Origin: the human T2T-CHM13v2.0 reference genome, Homo sapiens | DNA length: 64,000 nucleotides | NCBI RefSeq assembly: GCF_009914755.1 | Contig: NC_060942.1 | Reading direction: 5' to 3' (one strand) | In this document: positions 28,333 through 41,788 of the stretch, one piece after another | Numbering within the stretch: position 1 is the stretch's first letter | Layout: each line of letters begins with the position of its first letter | The notes under the pieces: model-generated | What the model saw: the letters and a program-made list of their open reading frames with translations, nothing else | Told to the model about the DNA's origin: nothing | Databases searched by the model: none | Position numbers and translations under genes: made by a program

Positions 28333-29271
28333 ATGTCAGTACCTTTCACTTTGTGAAGACCCACAGTGAGAAATAAAGAAAGCTGTCTGGCCAGGAAGTG
28401 AATGCCATGAGAATAGTCTCAGAGAACATCCTGTATTTACTCTGTGTTTCTTTCTACAAAGAAGGGGAGAATTGGTTCTAATCGTTATTCATGCATTTTA
28501 AAATACATTATTGAGAATTTACTTTATGTTAGGAACTCTGATAGGTGCCAGAGAGACAGATTTTTTAAAGGCAGAGTCCCTTTCCTCTAATGATGTCACT
28601 TCAGATATCTGATGGACAGGTGTTCAGGAGTGAAGCCTTCTCAGATCATGCCATGCACGTGATGTCCTGCAAAAGCTTCCCTACAAAGGCACGGCCCTGA
28701 GTCTTATCCCTTTTGTTTATTACCCTGATCTTTTTAGTCCTCAGGCAAACCTCTCCCACCAGGTCTGTCTTCTGGACTTTATTTATAAGCATGATCCTTG
28801 TGCATCATGGGTACTTCTCTATATCATTCCATTGGAAGACCATTCCACAGCTTATTTATCCAGATCTATCAATCTCTTTTAATACATCTGGATAAATAAA
28901 TTTATCCAGTACTTATTTACTCAAGCTCCTTTGATAGATCTGAGAGTTATTTTCAATTGTATACTATGCAACAATTCATATATGTGCCTCCAATGAACTC
29001 CCTGTGAGTTTTAATCCAGAGGAAATACTTACCTGAAGAATTGCATGAATATAGAAAATGTGCATATTTAAATTTACTAGGTAATGCCAGCTGCTCTCCG
29101 AAATGGTGGTACCAATTTATACTCCCACTAACAGTAAATGAGAGTTCCCATCAGTCTGTATCCCTGTCAACACTTGGAATTGTCAGGCTTTAAAATGTTT
29201 GCCAGTATCATGGATGAGAAACTGTATCTCACCATAGTTTAGTCTGCATTTCCCTGATAACAAAAGGATGA

Positions 29272-29657
<386 letters not shown>

Positions 29658-29846
29658 CCTGGGTTGTCTTCTTCTTACTCACATTTACTAGTTTAGAAAA
29701 CAAATTCTGAATATTGATCCTTTGTTGTTATGAGATGTGAATATTTTCTCTAAGTCTGAATTCTTTCATCTTTTTAGTGGCATCTTCTGATAAGCAGGAG
29801 TTTGGAAATTTAATATAAATTTATCAGTATCAAAACATCAGACCTA

Positions 29847-30224
29847 GGCTGGGCGCAGTAGCTCAGGCCTGTAATCCTAGCACTTTGAGAGGCCAAGATG
29901 GGTGGATCACATGAGGTCACGAGTTCGAGACCTGGCCAACATGATGAAACCCGGCCAACATGGTGAAACCCAGCCAACATGGTGAAACCCCATCTTGACT
30001 AAAAACACAACAGTTAGCCTGGCGTGGTGGCGGGCACCTGTAATCCCAGCTACTTGGGAGGCTGAGGCAGGAGAGTCACTTGAATCCGAGAGGCAGAGGT
30101 TGCAGTGAGCCAAGATCATGTCACTGCACTGCACTCCAGCCTGGGCAACACAGCGAGACTCAAAAATAAAAATAAAAATAAAAATAAATAAATAAATAAA
30201 TAAATAAACAAACAAACAAACAAA
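29847..30224 (+). mobile_element. Alu SINE (AluS) with an internal 19-bp triplication and compound (TAAAAA)(TAAA)(CAAA) tail
   Basis: Alu consensus; flanking ATCAG(A/G)CCTA TSD. Confidence 0.95.
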
Positions 30225-30274
30225 TCAGGCCTACTTTACCTCATGATTATATTTTCTTTTTTAAAAAGTTTTGT

Positions 30275-30566
30275 GGCCCTGCGTGGTGGCTCATGCCTGT
30301 AATCCCAGCACTTTGACAGGTCAAGGCAGGCCGATCACTTCAGCTCAGGAGTTCGAGACCAACCTGGGCAACATGGCAAAACTCCATCTCTACTAAAATT
30401 ACAAAAATTAGCTGGGCATGGTGGCATGCACCTATAGTCCCAGCTACTTGGGAGGCTGAGGTGAAAGGATGGCTTGAGCCAGGGGACAGAGGTTGCATTG
30501 AGTCAAGATTGTGCCACTGCACTCTAGCCTGGGCAACAGAGTGAGACCCTGTCTCAAAAAACAAAA
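30275..30566 (+). mobile_element. Alu SINE (AluJb-like)
   Basis: 'ggatggcttgagcc' and 'gagaccctgtctc' diagnostics; flanking GTTTTGT TSD. Confidence 0.93.
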
Positions 30567-32219
30567 TGTTTTGTTTTCCATATTTAGGTCTTTTACCTAC
30601 CTGACATTGATTCATGTTCATAGTATGAAGTAGAGATCCAATATTTGACTTTATTTTCTTTTCATAAAGAGAACCACTTATCTCCACAAGAATGGGCCAT
30701 TCCATCCTTCCTCTATAAATCTGCAGGGCCACCTCTGTCATAGATCAGGAACCCAGAGAAGACAAGGGCTGGTTTCTGGCTTTCTATTCTGTTTTCCATC
30801 TCTCCTGGTGCTAATACCATCTGGTTATAATAACTACAGCTTTACACTAAGTCTTTATATTGGAAGGTACCTCCTACCTTATTCTGATACTTCCATCATC
30901 TTGAAGCTGTAGTTTCTCTTTTTCTTTGATCTCCCTTTAGTCCCCACTCACCAACTACTGGATTTTCAAGACTTAGTATAAACTTCCATGTTGCCACAGA
31001 CACTTCCAGAACAGGCCACTCAGAATGATTGCACTCAACTACCATGCTTTTTTAGTGCTTACACCTCTATGTTAGCATCTTTCAAGGTCTGTCTTAGGTC
31101 TTAGCCCATGGTCCGGGGTGTCCCAACCCACTTTATCTATGTCCACACATCTGTGAGCTCCCGAAAAAACCAGAAGTGTCATCTGTGCATTCCCATGGCA
31201 CCTCATACCAGGTGGACAGCACATGGTAAGCACGAAGTGGAATTCGTCAATTGAAGCTCCTTGCCATCATGATGGCAGTGATTTCTGTACTGCTGCACCA
31301 TCCAGAACACAGGGACAATTTCTCCTGCAGGAGTCTGCTTAACTCTTCTACCAGGCCTTGGATGCACTGGCTCAAAGCCTGCAGGAAGCCCAGAGCGGGT
31401 AGTACGACTTCAGTGAGAAATTCTGGTTTGTGAGATGTTTATGGAAAGTAGTTGCAAGATTTGAAATGGACCTTGACAGTATTTAGTCCTCTTATCATTT
31501 ACGCATGTGTTAAAAACAAAGTTTAGATTTCTGAAAACCCTTGCATATAACTCATCTCACTTGGACCAGGTGACAAGGGGTCCAAATACTCCAGTGGCCT
31601 CCTCAGTTTTCCCATTAATCCCCTAATTCCTCTGCTACTCTGGGACTCAACTCCTTCACTGTAAAGTAAAGATATTGCACCATATCAGTCCCCAGGTGAC
31701 TTCTAGCTCAAATATCCTATGGCTGGAATTATACTCATGGTCCCTACTATTCCTCCTAAGGCCCCAGTTATACTATTTGACCTTGACATCACTGGACCTG
31801 AACAGTCTTATTTAACAGATGAATGTTGGACTCAATGCAATCATTTGCAGTTCCAACATGCTATAATTCTGTACGTGCCATATCCAATCTTGGATGGGTA
31901 GAACAGTAATGATTTTCTCTATTTAATAAATAAGGAAACTGAGCCCCAGAGAACTGGAGTGGCTTGCCCGGGACAACACTGTAGAAAGTGAAAAAGCAAA
32001 GACTGATAGTTCAGACTCTAATGATCAAGCTCAAGCATCTGTTTCCTGGATCATTCTTTTCTTTGCATGCAGACCAGTTGTGTGGCTCTGCCTTCCTTTT
32101 ACATGGCTAGTCATAGAAAGACTTTGAAATCAGCAGTAGTTGACCAGAATGCTCATGTCAGAGGTATCAGCTTGCTTCAGGCTCCTGCTGGTCTCTTGTA
32201 TCGGTGATAAACCCGTTGT

Positions 32220-32348
32220 TGACTCTGAGGAAAGTGTTGGACGTGCAGTACAATTCATGACAGCCTGCGACAGTGTGTAATGGAGTTTCACCATGTTCTG
32301 CCCAATTTCTCTGTGCTCATTTCGCTTTCTTGTTCATAAAGGTGCTTC
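32220..32348 (+). repeat. Segment B, probable donor of 28204-28332
   Basis: See paired copy; embedded in continuous unique sequence. Confidence 0.95.
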
Positions 32349-33592
32349 CTGTTCCTTGTCCATTTGGATACAGCAGATCATATTTGGAAGGACTATCAGT
32401 TCACTGAAAAGCTTCACTTGATGAAAAACACATGATGCAAGCTGGGAATTATATCAAATAGGAGAAATGTTACATAATCGGGAATACATAGAAATGTTCC
32501 AGGGCAGATCTATTTTCCTTTGTAGCCACATGAGAATGTTGCAGTATACCAAAAGTGGGATGCTGGGGCCCATTGATCATGTTTCAGTGATAGAAATAGA
32601 TACTGTTGTTTTAATAAGTTTGCTAGCAATCCCCTTTTCCCCTGCCCTGTGTTTTGATTGGCTGGCCACATTCCAACCTTCTCCTAGAGATGGAATATAT
32701 GTCAATGGGCTTCCTAGGCAGTAGACCAGCACATCCATTCCAGAACACAGCAAAGGTCAAGCAAGACAGACAGCAACAGTGGTCCCCATGTTGCACTGGG
32801 CAATTCAATTCTCACAGGTTGCGCAGTGAATGCAGCAGGAATGGGCAGATTGCACAAACATAACCCATCTTGGTTACAGCTCTCTCCTCTCCTGGGCATT
32901 TCCCCAAATGTTTCCCTGGAATCATCCAAGGTGTTGTCATCTCCAGATTATAAAAAATTAAAAGGCAAGAAGTGGAACGTAGATGAAGATTAAGAGAACT
33001 AACTAGGCATAACTTAGCTAAATGAAAATGCCAGGGAACCTGAAAGCCATCTCCAAGGTTTTTACATGCTTAGGTAATTTGGCAAAAGGCAATGTCTAAA
33101 TGCATCAATGGCAGGAAACATTGACTACTTCAAGAAGCATAAGAAATCAGAAGTAGTCAAAATAATCAATATTATCAACTTTTTATTGAGCTTCTACTAT
33201 TTCTCCAACCCCAGGCTTGGCACCAAAGAGGATTTAAGACAAAAGCAAAATAATTACTGCACTCACTGTTTGGGTCAACAAAGACAAAACACAGACCCTT
33301 GAGCATGGTCCAGTGAGTGAGACTGACAGCTTGCTAAAAGAGTTCAGGGCAGGGAGCATTTCCTATGACTGAAGGTAGCCAGAAAGCCAGAGAAACGTGC
33401 GAGAAACAGATTTAGAGTGTTTTCACCAAAGTGAATAAATGTCGTTAAAAACCATTCTGGATAAAACCTCAGAATCACAATGCATTACTAACATACACTA
33501 AACAGTCACCATTTTTGATATCTCTGATTCCTGAGAACACCCCCATGGCTCAGATACAGTTGATTATAAAACAAACACACTCATAGCTCAAG

Positions 33593-33953
33593 GTCACAGG
33601 GACAGCACGTTCATCACAGTGAGGGAAATTCCTTGGGAAGAGGCCGCAGTTCAGTCTCCTGATGGCAGGACCAGCACAGCTCTGCATGCTGGATAATTAG
33701 GAGGCTCAGTTTAATTCCAAATATCTGGGCAACAATCAATAGTGAGAGCATGAGGGGTGTGTGGCTGGACTAGTTTATGTGACGGGTCACACATTAGGTA
33801 CCTAATTGATGTGGCTTCTCGGGATGCGGTAATGCCGCTGACGCACACCACTTTCCTATTACTAGGCTTAATGGTTCATCTTTTGATTTCTGCCTCACTC
33901 CCAGCACAGTGTTATTTAAATAAGACCCTATTAGGGATTTATTTATCACAAGG
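33593..33953 (+). repeat. Segment A, probable donor of the inverted copy 27846-28207; motif-rich candidate enhancer
   Basis: See paired copy; contains GGGAAATTCC 33623-33632, AACAAT 33731-33736, several TAAT/ATTA cores and the palindrome ATTAGGTACCTAAT 33793-33806. Confidence 0.95.
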
Positions 33954-34552
33954 AAAAGATTTATCCAGGAAAAAAAAAAAAGCTCCCTGAGACACAGCAG
34001 TTCCGCTTATAGAAGCACCATAATAAAGAAGACAATAGCAATATTTTTACTGTTTAGGTCGATACAATTATAGGATGAGAGAAGGCAAGAAGCAAAAAAT
34101 ATAAATTTCACACTCAGTGACCTAGTAATTTGTCAGTCATTTTCTGCATTAAACCTAATGCATCCTCTGGGACTGGGGCAGAGGATACCAGAGAAATCTC
34201 AGCACTCCTGGCCTGACGTTCCTAACTCCACACCGTCTCTCCCTTTCTTCTTTCTTCTTGATCATTTTCTCTATGTGTGTAATTGTCTTTGTCTTCTCAG
34301 TTCCTGTGCTTTCTGATGATGGTGTTCTTTAGTCTTTTATTCTGGTACCAATTGCTGGAAACATAATCACCTATTTGTATTTCATTATTGAAGGAAAGGG
34401 ACCTTATATGAGGTGGTAGAAAAATCTTGACCCTGATCAGTTTAACTTTATCACCATGGCAGAAGAAGAAAATCCTATCCTTCCTGGGTCTCCAACCCAA
34501 ATAGCCTCATTTTTTTCCCATGCAAGCCCTTTTCTATTCCACTTATGCACCG

Positions 34553-34856
34553 TTTTTTGTTTGTTTGTTTTGAAACAGAGTCTCTCTTTCTGTTGCTCCA
34601 ACTGGTGTTCAGTGGTGTGATCCTGGCTCACTACAGCCTTGACCTTCTAGGCTCAAGCAACCCTCCTGCCTGAGCCCCCCAAGTAGCTGGGACTACAGGC
34701 ATGTACCACCACACCCAGCTAATTTTGTTCATTTTTTTAAAGACAAGGTCTCACTATGTTGCCCAGGCTGGTCTTGAACTCCTGGACTCAAGTGATCCTC
34801 CCACCTGAGCCTCCCAAAAATGCTGGTATTACAGGCGTGAGCCACCATGCCCAGCC
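34553..34856 (-). mobile_element. Alu SINE (AluJ)
   Basis: 'cagccttgacct...ggctcaagca', 'ggactcaagtgatcctccc'; TSD ACTTATG(C/T)AC. Confidence 0.93.
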
Positions 34857-35709
34857 TACTTATGTACGCTCAGTACCTACAGTATACTATATTTCCAGCC
34901 AATTACTGGGTTTGAAAAGTATAGTAAAGAGGCAGAAGGGAAATGTTTCCCTCTGAGAGCTTACAACCTACATGGAGAGATGAGACAGACATGAAACAGA
35001 GGACTACAAATCACATCACAGAGTTTTAGTATGGGGCTGGAGAGGCAAGAAAGGGAGCAGGTGGAACACTTGGATTCAAATATCAGAAGGACTGTAATGG
35101 GAAAGGAGTAGATAAACAGGAGAGCTTTGGGAACACAAATGGGCTCAAGTCATAGGACCATCAGGGAGACAGATATTAGGTCAATGTAAAGAAAACGTCT
35201 CAGTCCATGAAAAAGAGTCATCTGACAACAGCAGGTGATGTATATGAGGAAGTCGTGGACAGGGCTGTGGTGGGGGCTTGCTGCACTGGACAGGGCATGG
35301 GACTGTGGCGCCTTCAAACCTCAGGTTCTTGATGTGTTTTAGGAATCTGTAGAAGGTGCACATTCATGAGGTCTTCAGTCACCAGGAAATACTTCAAAGA
35401 AAAGGCAAACACTGAGTTGAGTCCTGTGTAAATTTTCAGAGAGACCATGGAGAAGGGGCTTCTGGAAAGGGAATGACACACACACAACCTGTACCCCTGT
35501 ACCCCACCCCATACCCATTCTTTCTTATGATTCTCCATCCAGAGGGCAAGTTTTCCTCTTTTAGGTAGAGACGAATTGTTCATGACATAGTCATTTATCC
35601 CCCAAAGAGGAGGAAGAGGCACATAAGTAGACTAAACTTTAAAATTTGATACCTTTATTTATTTATTTTCTCTTCTGTCTTCCCATTCTTCCTATTCTAT
35701 CTTTCAAAA

Positions 35710-36080
35710 TGACTTACTGAGGCCCTAGGCACTCGGGCTAGATTCCACAGATAGAATGATGTGTAAGGGCAGATTTGATCCTTGCCCCTGTAGAGCTTAC
35801 AACCCATCGAGAGAGACAGACATTAGCCAAATACTGTCACAAATAAATGTTTACAAGTGACACCAAAGGAAAATAAAAGAAGTGGTAAGAACAGGTAAGA
35901 GGAAGCCCAGATTGAGGCTGTGGTGGGGACAGAGCAAGCTTCCCGGAAGAAAGGAGAGTTGTGCTGAGATCTAAGGTTGAGGGACAGTAACTGGGTAAAA
36001 GGGGGTGGCAGTGAAGAGGGTCAAGAGATAAGGAGAGAAGGAAAAATATTAAATAATATTCCAGGAAGAGGAAACAGCAT
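35710..36080 (-). mobile_element. L2 LINE 3' fragment
   Basis: 'ttactgaggccctaggcact...ccttgcccctgtagagcttaca...gctgagatctaagg...attccaggaagaggaaacagca'. Confidence 0.65.
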
Positions 36081-36433
36081 CCCCCAGAATCACAGCAGAT
36101 TTAGAGAGACTCCAGGGATGCCTCCTGCATGGTCAGAACAAATTTATAGACAAATAAAAAGTGACATACAGAAATCAAAAGTGAGGTACAGAAACAGCTG
36201 GATTGGTTACAGGTTGGCCTTTGTTTCATTTGAATACAGTCTGAACACTCAGCAGTCTACGAGTGGTTGAAGTGTGGCTGCTGGGATTGGCCAAGACTCA
36301 GCTATTGTTACATAAGCATACACCTAAGTTAGGTTTTCTGTCTTCTCTGCCTGTTAAGCTAGGTTACCGTTCGTCCACAAGGACTCAAATATAGAAGTAC
36401 GGAGTCCTTCTCAGGCCATAGTTTGCTTTAACA
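36081..36433 (-). mobile_element. MER57 (A/B-like) ERV1 LTR, truncated at its 3' end
   Basis: Reverse complement begins TGTTAAAGCAAACTATGGCCTGAGAAGGACTCCGTACTTCTATATTTGAGTCCTTGTGGACG. Confidence 0.85.
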
Positions 36434-38494
36434 GAGGGCGGACTACAAATGGTAGAAATTCAAAGAAAACTCTAGGAAATGCCAACAATTATACATATCC
36501 ACAGTGGTGGAAGACAGTTGAATTAGGTTCATAATTCATGACTAGGGATACAGGAAAAGAATGATGGTAAACTGGTGAAATGTGGGAACCAGAGATTTCC
36601 ATAAATAGCACAGTTCTGATTTTGTACAGTTCTTTGGGAAGATGGGAAAGTTAGTGTCCTTGTAGGTCAATTGTGTTACAGAAAATATTTATGACTGGAT
36701 CCATGTGACCTGGTATAGCACAGTTCTCCTGAAGGTCCAGTTATAACTTACAGATTAAAATTGTTCTTACCTCTTAGTTATCAATGCACAAATTATCCCT
36801 AGTGACCTGGGACCAGATGTGGCTTTCCTTCCCACCACATCGTTAAGCCTCAATGGGACAACAATAAGAATGCATACTAAGTGTGGAAGATCCCTAGGGC
36901 TGGTGCGTTTGAGAGAGTCTGGGTGTGGCAGGCATGCATGAAGGCTGTGACTCATGGTTTTCTTCTCAGCACCTTCCAAGACTAAATATACACCCCTGGA
37001 TTGACCAGCCTTTTATATTAGTCTACCTATGGCTGCTTGAGACCTGCTTTACTCTAAAATCTTAGAGGCTTATGTTAAATGGAGATTAAACTAGTTGTTA
37101 ATTGTTTTCTTTTTCCTGAGGTTAAAAAGTTTTTTAGCAAGATGTATGGGGACTCTTCCAAGAAAGGCACGATGGTGGAGATGATGGACAGTGTTTGTGC
37201 TCTCCCTTCACCATGAGAAAGAGGCAAAATTCTTCCCTTCATCTGTAAAATATTGAAGGTGCTGGAGGTAATTTTTCGCAGGGGGTAGAGTTGACATAAG
37301 TTATAGGGTGAATGAATAATTGTTCTCTATAACATCAATACTACGTAAATATAAAGACAAATTACCTACACTATAACCAGTAGAAGTCGCTGATTCAAGC
37401 TTATCTAAGCTATTGATGTTCCCGGGATCACCAGTCCAACTTGTTAGCATTCTATTTACCAGATCAATAAGCCTCAAGGGTCCCTAGTGAATCAATCAGC
37501 AGAGCTCCTAGACACTGGGAGGAGGCTGATTTCTGAGAGACCTTGAGAAATAGGCAGAGCTGGGATGCACTGGCTTCTGGGTGATTGGTGGCAGCAGGGG
37601 TGGCTGTGACCCATTCCTCCGCTCACTACTTCAACCCATCTTGAGTAAGGTCTGCCATGTGAGTGACACAAGAGAACAACCATGTCAGAGACAGTGTTGA
37701 CTTGCGGAGGCTCCCAGTTCAGTGGAGCAGACAAGCTTGCAAGCGTGTCCTCACATCCCAGAGGGATACCTGGAGCCCTGTCTGGTGGAGTCAGGGAGCT
37801 ATACCAGAGCTGGTGATGCTTGGTTATCTGGTGGGGTCAGCTTGTATATGTCTTGGCAAAGCCACTGCTCTGGTAAAGGACAATTTCTGTGGAAATGGCC
37901 AGATGAGGAAAAATTAGGAAGGAGATGAAGTTTTCCAAATTTCATGGTATATGCTGCACTTCCCCAACCTTCACTCTCCATGTAGCCTACTGGGTCTACT
38001 ATTCCACAAAGTGGCTCAACCTCCAAATGACCTCTGGTTTACCCCTATTAAAATCCCAAAGGACTTTCAGCTGTGTGGACTGGGCACTCACTAAAAGATG
38101 TCAATGACTGCTAATTCTATGTTTTGTTTTGTTTGTTTTGTTTTGTTTTAAGAAGTATGATATCTTAAATGGAGCATATATTGGTAGAACTGAGGAAAGA
38201 TAAAATTATGGAAGAAACAATTGAGTCTGACCTGCCTTTGAGATGAGGAAACAGGGCTCCTTCACCTCCTGGTTCTACAATCTAGGGCAGAGAGATGTTC
38301 ATGGATTTCCATGTTAATCTCTTTGAGCCCAAATATCCTAGTCTGTGAAATGGGGACAATCATAATTGACCTTTCGCAAGGAGACAATGTATACAGTGCA
38401 CGGGGCCTGGCACATAGTAAGTGCTCAAAGAATGACAAACTTTATGATGCTAATAGAGATATATCTCTAATCCTATAGAGATATAAGAGACTTA

Positions 38495-38897
<403 letters not shown>

Positions 38898-39891
38898 CTA
38901 CATAAGGCTTACTGTTGCTTCAGACAGAATGTCTGGATATGAAACCTCTGAACACTACTGTCTGAATGCACCCACTCATCTCAGAACACTGGGTGGGCTG
39001 ACTAGGGAGCATGGTCATATTTGATTTCTGAGCGGACAGTCAAGGCAGGCTTAGCATTCCAGGAAGCAAGAGTTAAAGAGACCTAGATGGGTTAATCTCA
39101 ACCAAGGTATAAGGCAGGAGCTGAATACAGGAGCTGGGGAGACTAGAGGCAAAGAGAAAATCAGAAGACGGAGACTGAAACATAACTGGGGCAGGGGTTG
39201 GGGAACAGTCCAGGACTGCTGAGAACATTGCAGGGGTTTTGTGACAGCTTTTGTGATAGCTTTGATGGGGTGTGTGAGGGATTTGTGGACATGCCAAGTT
39301 TCAGACTACCTTATCATTGACTGAAACCAAAACTTCACTCAGTGTAGTGTGACCTCTGGTGGTCCAAAAATTCAAAAGGATGGGTTCTGTGGCTCCTTGA
39401 GCATGTTCAATACCTTCTCCAAGTCTCAGTTTATAAATCTGTACAACAGGACTGACACTGCTGGGTCTTAAAGCTTTCTGTGGGACAAAATGAGATCATG
39501 GATATAGAACAGCCTTGTTTTCTATGACAGGCTACTATTATGACTATGATTTTTAGAGTTTCAATAATCATCATCATATAGGAGTGCTGGTTAAACAGCA
39601 AAACCCATCCAACAGACTTTTATCTTATTTAGGGAATTTCCCCAGAGTGTGACGGTATCCCACTTACAGATGCCATGGAAGAAACCTGTCACATCAGCAC
39701 AGACAGTGACAAATTGGACTAATGAGATACGGGAAACGATGTGGGAAGTGATCGAACCTGAGACCAGAAAGCTGACTTTCCTTAAGGTCATAGCTGGAGG
39801 AAAGGAAATAAATAAAATGTAGGCCAACAGTCTAGATACTCAAACATCAAGATATGGGTTAGGAACAACATAATATTTAGTGGCCTGTATC

Positions 39892-40055
39892 AGAGGTGCT
39901 CAAACATGGCTGGCGGTTACTAGAATTAGCCCAGAAGCTTTTACAAAAATATAGGCCTATTGAATCAGAAACTCTGGGTAGTGTCTGGGACAAATGTTTG
40001 CAATAGTTTCCTAAATGATTGGCATGATCAACCAGCCAGGTTTGGAAATGAGAGG
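39892..40055. mobile_element. MER5A-like relic
   Basis: 'cctattgaatcagaaactctggg...cagccaggtttggaaa'. Confidence 0.6.
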
Positions 40056-40532
40056 TCTGTATCAGGTCTTGGAGCCAGATACAAGAAGCCATCAGCCCTG
40101 CAGAATCAAGAGCCTGGGAACCTGGGGCTGGGCATTTAGCTGGACCACCACGGGGGCACCAGGTGCTAGAACACAGCAGGAAGGATGATGCAGCAGGCTT
40201 CACTGGCCTCATCTTCACTGGATTTTGACTATTTGTTTAATTAGGGTTATATACATTCTAGAAGCATAGGGACTTTTATTGGGGATGTTGGAGAGGCAGT
40301 CTGTAGCTATGAGGAGAGAGGAAGCTACAGTGCTAAGAAGGGGGACCAGGAGGAGTGGCTGAGGGTAAGACTAAGACAACAGCTTTTCTCTTCCCACTCT
40401 TTCCCTCATTCTTTCCTGAGGCAGTGGCCTTGGGACACAATTTTTTTTTTTTTTTTTTTTGCTATTAATTCTATCAGGGCAGGTTGAGAAAACAGATCTT
40501 GAGGGGGAAATACGGTGGAATTGGAAGAAAGA

Positions 40533-40800
40533 GGCCAGGCATGGTGGCTCACGCCTGTAATCCTAGCAATTTGGGAGACTGAGGCAGGAGGATACTTGAG
40601 CCCAGGAGTTCAAGACTAGCCTGGACAACACAGCCAGACCCCATCTCCCAAAAAAGTGTTTTAAAAAGTTAGCTGGGCGTGGTGGCACATGCGTGAGCCC
40701 AGGAATTTGAGGCTTCAGTTAGACATGATAGCACCACTGAGCTCCAGCCTTGGTGACAGAGTAAGACCCTGTCTCAAAGAAATAAAAATAAAGAAATAAG
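40533..40800 (+). mobile_element. Alu SINE (AluJ) with right-arm deletion
   Basis: 'cttgagcccaggagttcaagac'; the right arm jumps from 'cacatgcgtg' to 'agcccagg'. Confidence 0.9.
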
Positions 40801-41788
40801 AAGAAGGAAGGGGAGGAAGGAAAAAGAAGACCACCCCACAGTGTGTGGGTCTGCAGGGTGTGGAGCCCCTCTGCAGCTTCAGGCAGAGGAGGGAAGAGAA
40901 GCATAGGCCTGAGATGAGCCATCCCTCCAGGGCTCATGACCTGAGGAACATCAAGGAAGATTCAGGCAGTGGACTTGCAGGAACCCTGATGAAGAAAGGC
41001 TGAAAAAAGGCTCATTCCCTGCCACATCTTAGGAGACTTCCAGAAAGCCCCCAGCTCTGAAGCACAGAGTTTTTGGTAACCACAAATGCAAAAATAAATC
41101 ACAAATCACTCTCCTTGGAGACATGACAAAGTTAGTGAATCAGCACAGATGAGCTGGCAAGGGCCATATAATTCCCCAATCAAGGTAGTTGATTGTGCAT
41201 ATCTTCAGTTGAAGAAAAAAATTAAAAATAAACTCTCTGAAGGAGAGAGAGAGGCAGAGCAGAGAGGTTTGGTGGTCTACCCTTTTTGCTTGGTGAAGTG
41301 CCCAATGAGGACTCAACATTAAATCTTCAAAAATTTGCCAGAGAGACTGAGTTGCAGTGAATGGTGTGCTTTGGAAGGGAGGAAAGAGTAGAAACCAGCT
41401 TGGTTTCCCTGGCAGAAGCCTGTTTACCACGTGCATTGATTACTTTTGCAGCCACACTCTCTAATGTGCTTAGGTGGCCAGTGATTAATGACGCTTGGAC
41501 AGCAGCCTGGTTGCTTTGTTGTGACAGATGATGCCTCGCCCACTTTATATTCCCGCTACTGGGGCTTCATTTCTATGAAAAAGAAAGGACCCCAAAACCA
41601 CTCCCTGCTCCTATAGGCCACTTCTGTCGGGCTGCTCCTTCTGGAAGCAGTACCTCCTTGGGTTCAGATGAAACTCTGTAAAATGAGAATATTGAAAGAC
41701 TCCACAGAGTCCTATTGGCCCACTAGAGGAATACAATGAAACACTCATAAAACTCGACTTACTTCAAGTAGCCTTTCTTTCCCCATAA

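Noticed and set aside
38454-38485. 16-bp palindrome TAGAGATATATCTCTA with a nearby 10-bp repeat
   Set aside because: AT-rich, low-complexity micro-scar with no support for function.
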